This document shows positions 15,001-26,083 of a DNA stretch of 64,000 nt, in pieces. The DNA comes from Balanoglossus misakiensis. Taxonomy: Eukaryota; Animalia; Hemichordata. Positions within the stretch are counted from its first letter, which is position 1, and every line of letters starts with the position of its first letter. The stretch covers positions 12,090,520 to 12,154,519 of the forward strand of contig CM082578.2 of NCBI GenBank assembly GCA_040954595.2, given 5' to 3'. Below the pieces are notes generated by a model, which saw only the letters and a list, made by a program, of their open reading frames with translations, ran no database searches and was not told the DNA's origin. Both the position numbers and the translations under genes were made by a program.

Positions 15001-16120
15001 CCCATGGTTTTTTCAAAAAAATGAAGAAATTTTGATATTTCGCAAAGTCGAAAAATTGTCATTTCTGGATGATTTTCATGAGCTATAACCCATGGTTTTT
15101 TCAAAAAAATGATGAAATTTTGATATTTCGCAAAGTCGAAAAATTGTCATTTCTGGATGATTTTCATGAGCTATAACCCATGGTTTTTTCAAAAAAATGA
15201 AGAAATTTTGATATTTCGCAAAGTCGAAAAATTGTCATTTCTGGATGATTTTCATGAGCTATAACCCATGGTTTTTTCAAAAAAATGATAAAATTTTGAT
15301 ATTTCGCAAAGTCGAAAAATTGTCATTTCTGGATGATTTTCATGAGCTATAACCCATGGTTTTTTCAAAAAAATGAAGAAATTTTGATATTTCGCAAAGT
15401 CGAAAAATTGTCATTTCTGGATGATTTTCATGAGCTATAACCCATGGTTTTTTCAAAAAAATGAAGAAATTTTGATATTTCGCAAAGTCGAAAAATTGTC
15501 ATTTCTGGATGATTTTCATGAGCTATAACCCATGGTTTTTTCAAAAAAATGAAGAAATTTTGATATTTCGCAAAGTCGAAAAATTGTCATTTCTGGATGA
15601 TTTTCATGAGCTATAACCCATGGTTTTTTCAAAAAAATGAAGAAATTTTGATATTTCGCAAAGTCGAAAAATTGTCATTTCTGGATGATTTTCATGAGCT
15701 ATAACCCATGGTTTTTTCAAAAAAATGAAAAAATTTTGATATTTCGCAAAGTCGAAAAATTGTCATTTCTGGATGATTTTCATGAGCTATAACCCATGGT
15801 TTTTTCAAAAAAATGAAGAAATTTTGATATTTCGCACAGTCGAAAAATTGTCATTTCTGGATGATTTTCATGAGCTATAACCCATGGTTTTTTCAAAAAA
15901 ATGAAGAAATTTTGATATTTCGCACAGTCGAAAAATTGTCATTTCTGGATGATTTTCATGAGCTATAACCCATGGTTTTTTCAAAAAAATGAAGAAATTT
16001 TGATATTTCGCAAAGTCGAAAAATTGTCATTTCTGGATGATTTTCATGAGCTATAACCCATGATTTTTTTCAAAACGTGAAGAAATTTTGAAAATTCGCA
16101 AAGTCGAAAAATGGTCACGT
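1..16120. repeat. 88-bp tandem satellite array, ~183 copies, open at left window edge
   Basis: Monomer AATTTTGATATTTCGCAAAGTCGAAAAATTGTCATTTCTGGATGATTTTCATGAGCTATAACCCATGGTTTTTTCAAAAAAATGAAGA recurs at 1, 89, 177... Most copies are identical. The last copy (~16063-16120) is degenerate. Confidence 0.99.
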
Positions 16121-19100
16121 CGAGCTTTCTCATCAGCTAAAATTTAATACCCGCGGTAAATCCACAATTCTTTGTACACAAATCTAGAGGGACTTGTTCC
16201 GGTGATACCTATATATGTTTAAATCACAAAACGTGACGTCTTTATCGAAAACAAAATCAGTCAAGCTTCACAGAGGGCGCCTGTCAAAAGTCCCGCACAA
16301 TACCAATCTACAACAATTATTTCTTCTCCTGAAAAGACTTTGCATTTAAACTGAAGGTTGACCACTGCAAAGTTTATGTGGCTGGTGCGCTCTCGTTACC
16401 ATGGCGAATCTTAAATACCCGTGAAAATAAATCTCGAACTTTCCATATTGTGCCATTTTGGTCGAAAAGCATCGGCACGGTTGAATCATTATACGGTCCA
16501 TAAACTCGATTGGAAATATTTTGCTATATACCTCCAGTAGTATAATTTGACTTTTGCACAGGTTGCTGTGTATGAGGAGCGTGACATAATTTTAGAATTT
16601 TTGTACAGAACACAAGTGGGTAAAAAGTGGTCTATTGAATTCTTACACATTTATCTCGATACACATTTCCTAACCGTTTGTTTTTGCGAAATAAGCGCAC
16701 TCGTGCGGCCGAATTTTCTAATACCATCGTGCTTTCCTGTCAATAAGGACATGCTTGATAACCCATTAAACGAATTCCGAGGGCGGAAAGAGAACAATTA
16801 CCGCCATTCGTAATTTATCTTTAGCAGGTCGCGTGTGCCAGTGAGATTTGCGGCAATATTTCGTGCATGCTGATCTCGAAAGAACTGTATAGGAAAACAC
16901 ATATTGGTAATAAGTAACGCAGGTGACGTGACTCCCGTTTGACACAGTTTCAATTCTATAAAATAGGCTAATATTCTCCAAATATTTGCACGCACATTCA
17001 GATCGGTATGGTTTGTCACACGTGACATGTGACGTCATCGGATTGCTGCTGAAACCAAATGATAACCTGCTGGACTTTGCGCGATCCCTTTGATTGCGTT
17101 CACGTTGGAAAAAAAACCGACACCCCTGTTGTTCACCACGTGACGTATCGCTGCATGCAAATCATGGAAAACTTGTGATTGTGCGGCTGCGCAGTTTTTG
17201 GTATAGGTTCTCGCAAGGAATAAGTATGTGCCGAGAGCGAACAGAGGTCAGTATTTCGATGTCGTACAATCAATATCGCTTAAGTTCGAATCCGCTTAAC
17301 CGGATTACCACGAACTCCTTCAAAAGCGTTTATAAATAGCTGTCGATTGATTAGATCCTTGTTAGGAGCCACCAGGGCCAGTGTTTTGATAAAGTTTTTT
17401 TTTAAGTTTAATCAAGATTGTTTTTATTTAATCATTTGAAATGTTTCAGCGCCGTGAGTAGTCGCCATCTAGCTCCAGACCTCGGTGATCTCATCTGATA
17501 GAACGGATAAAAATACTTTTGGATGGAGCTACTCGACGATTTGCGCACTCAGTGAATTACTGTGGCGTTGTTATCGAATGAAAATGGCCGGCCTGAAAAT
17601 TGAAAGTATACAATCAAAGTAGAGGAGGAACCAATTGAAGTTGTCAATCTTCTTGCTCGACTGACGAGGACGCGTGTCGTTGCACATGCACCAGTGTTGT
17701 TTCAATGATTTCCCGCCAGAAGTAACTGTCCAAGACGCGTCGCTTACTTAAAAGAACACAGTCTCTCTCTTGCTGCCCTGTTTCCATTAATTATGTTTGA
17801 TACAAAACACCGTTTATGATATTCTACATGTGAATCAACATTCGACCCTTTTTGGACCATGAAAGAATCTTGGTATGGCCTATGAACTACCGTTTCTGTG
17901 AGAACGTGCATCTGTAAAATGATCTGACACTGGAATAGATTCTTCTGCACTCGGACAATAATTCACTCCGTTTAAGCTAAATCGGTTGATGCACTCGAAG
18001 GCCGTGACACGTGTACGTATCGTTTTGATGGGTAACGCTTTTCGGAAGTTTTTCAGAAAGGATCGATTATTTCCGGCAATTTTTACTTAATTGCGCATCA
18101 CCAGCGCAACAGTTGCCACGCTACGGAGGCCATGAGTCGCGGCGGCGGGGAAAATGCATTACAGCTGATCACCGCGATTTCAGCGCGCGTGAACATTCAA
18201 CTATTTAATTTTTCAATCGCGAAATTATTGCCACGAAGCATGGCGTCCTTGATGCGGGCGTGATGGCTTGACAATTCAGTAATTGCTTCCGAGATTAAAC
18301 AGCGTTCCTTGGAGCTCGGCCTCGATTGGCGCATTCACCACCGGATTGTACTTAGCGTGATCAAGGACTACATCCCCTTTTTTCCAATTGATGTCTGTTT
18401 AAGTGATGGCAAGGAGAGCGAGGCGTGCAGATGGCGAGATCAACAGGTGTGTTACATTGTATGGGAAGAGACAAGTCCGCCTTGAAGTCTCGAATTCAAT
18501 TAAACTTCCTCATTGAAAAGAGATCGGGTTTGTACCTTCACAATCAGCACGGTGTTATATAGCCAGACGAGAAATAGTTATTTCCTTCTACAGCCCCGTC
18601 ATGGTAACATTATATTTGTATAATTGACACTAAAATCCGTGGTTGTTGCATAGAATTGATTGAAAAGTGCTAGAGACATTGTTTTCCAAGTATTAAACTG
18701 TACTTGAAGCTGTGTTATGTTTTTACTCTGGCCTACATACACCGTTTGGCCTCTTTTTTTCACTCGGAAACAAACCGCGATACCTCGAACAGGAGCTTTT
18801 TGTGGCAGAGTGCATGAAGGTGTTGAGTACTTGAGGCAAATGGGATGCGATGAAACTGTCTTATTTCAAGAAAGCCGGATTAGTGTTATCATTGATAACT
18901 ATTCAAAGATGGCCAGATTCTCAATAGGATTCTGGTTATTGTGTCAGCAGGCCCCCTAAGTTTGTGAAAATAAAGTATTCCCAATTTCCCCTGGTATATT
19001 GTGGCGGGTATACACAGGCTATTCGCTGATAAGCCACGAGGCTTTCTTATATCTAAAAATGCTTTCATGCTTTCATTAGCAGTATAATTTTCGCTGGCTT

Positions 19101-19242
19101 CCTCTTTTGTAAACTGAGAACGTTGAAATTGACTATAAAATTCCTTAAGAAATACTTCAGTCAGCCGAGTTGTCTATCTGCGGTTTTTGACGCCATAACA
19201 GAAAACGCCCATGGATGGATTCATAGGGTGTTTTTTATACGT

Positions 19243-19260
19243 TAATAATAATAATAAACA

Positions 19261-19294
<34 letters not shown>

Positions 19295-19295
19295 G
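19243..19295. repeat. (TAA)n + (TTG)n microsatellite
   Basis: taataataataataa followed by (tgt)11 at 19261-19295. Confidence 0.95.
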
Positions 19296-19322
19296 AAATT
19301 ATGAAATTACAATATTACTATT

Positions 19323-19424
19323 TAACAACGAATGATACATCTCATTAAATGTTATCTTTTAAGCCTAAGCTGGCCAAGATCACATTTTGCCAAGGTTTAC
19401 AAGAATAGCATTTCCTGTAGTTAG
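19323..19424 (+). repeat. Dispersed repeat fragment, copy 1 (copy 2 at 39073-39166)
   Basis: Shares TAACAACGAATGAT(A/G)CATCTCATTAAA and TAGCATTTCCTGTAGTTAG with 39073-39166. Confidence 0.8.
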
Positions 19425-22400
19425 AGACATGCATCTTGATTGCTTCTCTTAAATCTCATTTACTCAATAAACCAGTTTAATATAAAAGAAGTAATGCGTG
19501 GACATTGTAAGGTTGATTTTAATGAACGACAAGTATTTTGTCCCACTGTTCGCAATTAGTCCAACTAAATGCTTAACGTCAATTCGTTCAATTTGGTTTT
19601 CAACATGATATTTCGGAATGTTTGCGTTCATCTTGAAGGTCACGAGTCAGTGATTGAGAATGAATTCCCGAGGAGCAATTTTGGTGATTTTGGAATGTCT
19701 ACTTATTCAAATTCTAAAATTAATCAGCCCTTGTTTATCGAACAGGGGGAGACATAGACTCGCTGCAAGATTCAACACATGGATCCATCACATGTCAAAA
19801 TGTCTCCCTGTACTGACGCGATCTTGAGTCCTTCAGGTGGAAAGAGAAGAGTATTGCAATAAACCTTCATATGGTAGTCTCTCTCCAAGTACCTGCTGCC
19901 CTCATTCCAGTGTGCGTCAGTCATTTGCTTCACTTAAAAACTTATCACTGGAAATTGTGAAAATCTCTGTGTATAAACGTCAGCACTCCAGTTCGACCAA
20001 TCACTTTAATAGCTATCGGGAAATCAGGCAGAAAATATGATAAATGGTGCCATCTAAACTGCGGACACGCTCCGATGCCTCTATTGTCGGTCGTAGTACA
20101 TTCCAAGGGGTAGAAAAACACTCCCCAGCCATTGCTGTGTTATTGTTTTCAATTTTCCAGGGGAAAAATACCGGCGTAGTTTAATTAACATATATATGAG
20201 AGCCCTGAAAACAACCTCCAGCAAGAGTGATTTATACTTCCAGCGTGGATTATGGAAATGGGGAGTATTTGTATACAGAGTGTATGTACCCTGTGGAAGT
20301 TGTCTTCATGCATGTAATTACATTACGCGCGTGTCTAATAAAAGTCCATGCCGGGAATACATCTAATACGTACATCTAGTCCAGAATCGTTTAATTACGG
20401 GTGACGTTTTAAATCCATGCACTTGCCACCTTTCTTATGGCGACTACAACACAATTCTGTGTTGTGTCGAGATCGTTAGGTTGTTTTACGTAACGCCGTA
20501 GATGCTACGTGTGTTCCATTATTCAGAACGAGGAAGACATAATATGGGGTGGTCGCTTCTCATCCTGGATGGACAGAGGGAGTTTTTGCGCAATTCCCTG
20601 TATATTGGAAAAGCTATATAACCTTTTACGAATTCAATTTAATTTTCTCCCCGGCACTTGTGCATGGTGATATATACGAGGAAAATGCAAAACTTCTGAT
20701 GGAATGAAGAAATGCAACAAAAAATGCAGATTTACATATGCTATTACATTGGCATGCAATGAACTGAGACTCAGGTGCGCCAGACTCTTGCGGATTATTT
20801 CATTAAAGTTAATCATCATCTACTGGAGGTATTTTCACACACGGCCAGGCTTGAATGGTTCTTATTTAAACAGTTTAAAGAGACTTTTTCACGACTGAGA
20901 ACCCGTAAGTGACGAGTCTTGCACACAGAAAGACGATTATTAAGTTTTGGCGGGTTAAGCAACTTATAACGATGCAATTATTGCCAAGGTCTCGTTATAA
21001 TGCCTCCGGGCGCTATACGCGCTCATCCCGGTGTTTTCTTCCCAATGACACCCGTCAACGTGTTTTTTTTCTCCCCCGGCCGTTTCAAAACACGGCGATT
21101 AGAGAAAAACAAATTCATAGAGTATATAATTTGGGATATTGACACGTGAAATAGATGGAGAACATGTTGGGTTTTACATATCTGCCCATTAAATGCGCAT
21201 TAGTGTCGATGAATAAGGATTTACACGTATCATATTAGTGTTTGAGAAACACTCCGTATCTATACCCTTAACCCTTCCCGTGAAAATGGCAAATGAGAAA
21301 ATGGGAATATTTATCTACCTTGTACCGACGCGTAATTCAGGGAGCACAACGGGCCGCACTTCCGGGGGGCTTCCTTGTAACGATGTTCAAGATTTCTGAC
21401 GAGAAGACGGTGGATTTAGCGCAATCTCCCTCAAGAAGATAATAAAAAATCCCTAGTTTAATAATGCCAGTTTCTAAGACATTTTTTGCGTTTGAGTTTG
21501 GTAACCTTCAACTTCTGCGCCTTTTTTCAGGGACATGCGGTAATGATTTCTCTGATCTCAGTGGTGGTTATCGGATTTGAGTGTTTGGGGATTTGTAAAT
21601 TTATGGTACTTGTGAAGTTGTTTTTGCCACTGGAGAAACGGGAACTAAAATCGAAAGACCGAATCGATTCGCAGTCTCTTTGAAAATATAAATTATCTGA
21701 ATGTTTCGTAACGAGGCGCGAAGATTCGTCGATCCTTACCTTAACAGGTATATCGACTTCGCGGTCAGTGTTCTAATATTGTGCTTGTATTCAAATAGGT
21801 ATCAATAAATATAACCACTCATCTTTGTCTTTTTCTACTATTTTGCTGTCACCTTTGAGTTCATGACATTTCAATCACCAGGAGTGTCGACCGTCAAGGG
21901 AGAAGTCATTCATTCCGCAACGACTTTTTTTTGGTGTGGGCTTGCTTTGTAATCATCGACCGCGTGTAATCAATGATATATAGAACGATAAGAAATACAG
22001 TTCCGATAGGCTCTAACGAGATGTGTGGAAGGTCGTTGAGCAGTTGATTATCATTTCCGCCGCGTTAGCCGGGGGTCGGCGAACGAGCTCGGAGCAGAAC
22101 CTGGTACACTGTCTCGCGGCGACTCGCATACATGCTGCACGCGCTGATTGCGTAATTGCTGACATTTGCTTCTCATGAACGTTCTGTGGGTGCGTGGCAT
22201 GTGCGCTGTAGGTTTCCCCTTTAACACAGGAAAAGTGCATTTGCCTCGACTATCCACGCGGTTAACCGTAAAATAGTCGTCGGCGTCTCCGCGGGGACTT
22301 ATTAGAATTCCTGTCATAAATCGTTTTTACCGGGTGCGTCTCCACAATAGATCGCATCGCTGTCTATATACTAGTCTCCAAAGATGACAAATCCGATCTA

Positions 22401-22585
22401 ATATTCTCTTATATTATTTTATTCGCAAGTCAACAAACACCTGCTAACGGTGCTACAAGACTGATTTGTGGCGCTTTAGCATCTTGTTATTTCGTCGGTT
22501 ACAAAACAACAACACACGTGTATCTGTACTCGCTTGCATTTTTAACACGCGAAACCATTTCATATTACCTATTATCTAATTGTTG

Positions 22586-22618
22586 CACGGTCACACCACA
22601 CAGTGTGGTGTGACCGTG
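22586..22618. mobile_element. 33-bp perfect foldback; probable P-superfamily transposon footprint or micro-MITE
   Basis: CACGGTCACACCACAC-A-GTGTGGTGTGACCGTG (16+1+16), flanked by ATTGTTG / CTTGTTG (6/7 direct repeat). Confidence 0.6.
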
Positions 22619-24649
22619 CTTGTTGAAATCCTTGAACACTGACGCTGTTTGCCTTCTCCAATAGAACGGTTCGGTTTTGTTGACAGACATACAGTCTACG
22701 AATTACATGCACGCGACTTAGTGAGGTTTTACCCCTGGTTTAATAGTACCGTGGGCACGGAATGTCTATCACACCTGTGCTGCAAGCTTGACCCCTGACC
22801 TCTTTCCTTTCGCGCTTTCTTATGTACATTGCACGACACAGTACCTTAACATCGCTTCTTTATTGGGGCAAGACAGACTACATTAAAGGGGTGATAAAAC
22901 AAATAAAACAGAGAACACTGTCGAGTGCAGTGTCTTATAACGGTAACAATCTCGTAATATTTGAAGGAACCGCAGGTCTATACTTCCTCTTAATGATCAC
23001 GAAAATCGCTTCGCTAAAATAATCTGAAGTGCGTTTAAGAACACGTAACTTCTTCAGGTCAAATTATCCGCAGAAGCGATCTTGCGGGACTTTTTATAAG
23101 ACTTGAGTCAGGCCCCGGACACGAAACATATTAGAAACTTAAAAGACAGTCTAATAATGCCGTCCGAAGGTATTGTCAAGCATATATAAAGGGAGACACT
23201 CATTTAACTGCTTCGTCTGTTCGAATTCCTATTTAGACTCGTGCACCGTTGAACATGTTTCAACCAAATCGGTAAGTGTAAGGTTTCTATAAATTACATC
23301 GTCATCCCAAATCCAACCCCAAATGCATTGCTATTGATTCATGAGGAGTTCCCACCTTTTGAGGTATTCGAGAGCGCAACATGATATTTAGGTCACGGCC
23401 TCCGCTCGAACCCATCTACTGTGTACACACCTTGCTTTATATCTGCCTTCATTCCGTGGCTTCAGTATAACAATATCAGATGTCGATGTTAATCGCTGTA
23501 ATTATGTATAGGCCAACAAACTTAAGCCATGGAGTTGAGATCTTCACTTACACGTATCACGTCTGTGTGCGAGTGTTGCTTTATGTATACCCTTGAATCA
23601 TCATGTTCAATTTTGCGAGTATTGTTGTGGATTCTTTTCTATAGCTGACGGGGTGATTGGTTTTTAATATGAGCGGTGGATTAAGCTGTTGGGTCGTTGA
23701 TCGGTATGTAGCACGTTATGTATGGAATGCTCAGGTCGATTGATGTGAATTTCAATGGCTTTCTGATATTCAGGGACTGATGGCGAATTTTGCAAAGATC
23801 AAAGATGCATTTTTGTGACCAATTACCTTTCCCGCTGATTTGTGCTGATCTAGTTTTATCTTTAAGGTTGAGATGTACCTTTTATGACACTTGTTTTTAA
23901 TCGATTTTTTCTCCTTGTATTTCATGTTTCCCACCAACACATTATATATTTTCTGTTAGCTCTATACTTGAAGTTTATGAAAATCTGGTTTATTTTCCAA
24001 AATTTTTGTTCTCTTTCTCGTTTTGCTCAAAAATACACGATTTTAAGTTTTTTTACTCAAAGGCTTGGCAATAAAAAAAGACAATGCCTCCAGGTGATCT
24101 GTTACCGGCAATCGACAGCTGGGTATAGTGGTAAAAATACCGGGTCATGGAATTTTGATATTCACTTTTGTTTTCGAACAATGAGCCTTTAAAGTGTCAA
24201 CTGTCGATTTTTGCATAAATTATCGACTTTTGTTCACTTGTGTGGTGATTTCTTTTGTTCTATCAACTTTATTGGAAATCCGCTCGTGGGGTTTGGAGAC
24301 AGGTATTGTTCCCTTCCTCAGGCCAAAAATCAGAACAATCTGTGCACGCGTTGCTAAGTTACACTCTTTTGAAGTTGCACTCCAGAGCCCAAAACCGAAC
24401 AGAGAAAATCGACAATTTGTGTGAACGGCACTTTCAGTTGGAAAAAAACGATCATAAATAGCACTTACTCACTGCTTTGTTATGTTTTAATGAAGTAGCA
24501 TAATACTAGAGACTTTAGACCTAGTCATTTTCATCTAGAACGTTTTGCAAGTTCATAAATTAGTGGAAAATCGTGGAAAAAACGACATCATTACGGACAG
24601 AGTACAATAATGAGGTTGGTTTGTTTATTCAGCAAACAAGGGACTGTTA

Positions 24650-25449
24650 GGCTGCATTCACAAACACCTCTGGAGGGGGGGGCAGGAGAATTGAGGGGGG
24701 GGGATTTGAAAAAATTGAGTGTATGTAAGGGGGGGGATTTGAAATAATTTAAGGACTGAAAGGGGGGGACTTGAAAACTTTGATGATTAAACATTTATTT
24801 TGAGTCCACAAAAATGCAGTTTCGCGCCCTTTATTTTACAAAATTTTCTCATGTGGGAGGGGGACACCCCCTCCCACACCCACCCCCTCCATTCATCAAC
24901 ACCTTTCAATCATTGACTGGTTTATCTAGTGTCCCAGGTCAGGGGACTTGCCCCCACCCCATGATAACATTGAGCGGCGATGGTTAAATTTGTCCTCCCC
25001 AACATACCGGTAGTTGAGTTAATTTGCTTTTGCCGGGTTCATCAAAATGCAGCTTTGAGCTCTGTATTTTATAAAATTTTCTTACACGGGAGGGGGACAC
25101 CCCCTCCCAAACCCACCCCCTTCGATTCTTGGTTTACAATGTCTCCAAACACAGAATACAAATACTTAAGAAATAAATACAATGTTCAGTTTTAATACCC
25201 ACTGATGAGGGGAAACATCAGTTTCAAATTCTTTTCATGGGAGCTGTTTTTCTTTTTTACAAGATAGATAGGTGATGTGTTTTGCTCTGTGAAAGAAAAT
25301 GGGGGGGGGGATTTCAAAATTTTGGCAGTTCGGAAGGGGGGGATTTGAAAAAATTTCGGGTTGTTGAGGGGGGGCATGTGAAAATTAACGGTAAAAAAAA
25401 TTGAATTCTCCCGCCCCCCCCCCCTCCAGAGGTGTTTGTGAATGCAGCC
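24650..25449. mobile_element. PIF/Harbinger-type MITE, 800 bp
   Basis: TIR GGCTGCATTCACAAACACCTCTGGAGGGGGGG (~45 bp imperfect) at both ends. TTA TSD at 24647-49 and 25450-52. Subterminal G-run+ATTTGAAA repeats. Confidence 0.9.
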
Positions 25450-25550
25450 TTAATCCCTGCCACTGATAACTTCTCCAAACGACACTAAAGCCCGTTAAGT
25501 ATACACTTCTGTAAACCCATTTTAATCTAATTTTCTCACTCCTACCATAA

Positions 25551-26083
25551 CATGTAAAATTAGTAATTGTACATTTGCGGGCGTTTCATTGCTCTGTGTC
25601 CGGTAAATTAGTCTATGCCACGGAACATGACGATCGAGCCCTGATGGAAGCCATACTTTACCATCATTCTGGAAGTCGCTAGACAAAGCACGCCTGTCAA
25701 ACTTCCTGTTTCAAAACTGAAAATTTATGCATCGGCATCGCTTGACACATCCCCCTATTTCATGCAATGGATTAGTTGTTCAGTTTATCGACGGTTGTGA
25801 CATTGTAAGCTGCACCAGCAACAGCTTTCTCGACAAGATGAGACAAGCAACACTGGTCACAACTAAACGTTCTGTCATGGAGCATTTCCAAAAAGTTCAT
25901 AAATTAGTGGAAAATCGTGGAAAAACATGTAATTAGTAATTGTACATTTGCGGGTGTTTCTTTGCCCTATGTCCGGTCAATAAGTCTGTGCCATGGAGCA
26001 TGATGTTCGAACCCTGATGGAAGCCATAGTTGACCATCATGCTGGAAGTCACTAGACAAAGCACGCCTGTCAAACTTCCTGTT
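25551..26083 (+). repeat. ~160-bp diverged direct repeat pair (25551-25710 and 25926-26083)
   Basis: Both run CATGTAA..TTAGTAATTGTACATTTGCGGG ... CTAGACAAAGCACGCCTGTCAAACTTCCTGTT with scattered substitutions. 24549-24583 is also repeated at 25893-25925. Confidence 0.9.

Noticed and set aside
1-16120. CRISPR-like array
   Set aside because: Head-to-tail monomers with no unique spacers, no cas genes, and a spliceosomal-intron context.
17010-17460. E-box/CRE cluster, TATAAATAG (17331) and a GTGAGT donor as a promoter
   Set aside because: Short motifs with no linked exon chain; could be repeat-derived.
21486-21753. Hydrophobic ORF and AG|GTATAT donor as channel exon 1
   Set aside because: The ORF stops before the donor and the in-phase ATG gives no signal peptide; 32172-32245 fits far better.
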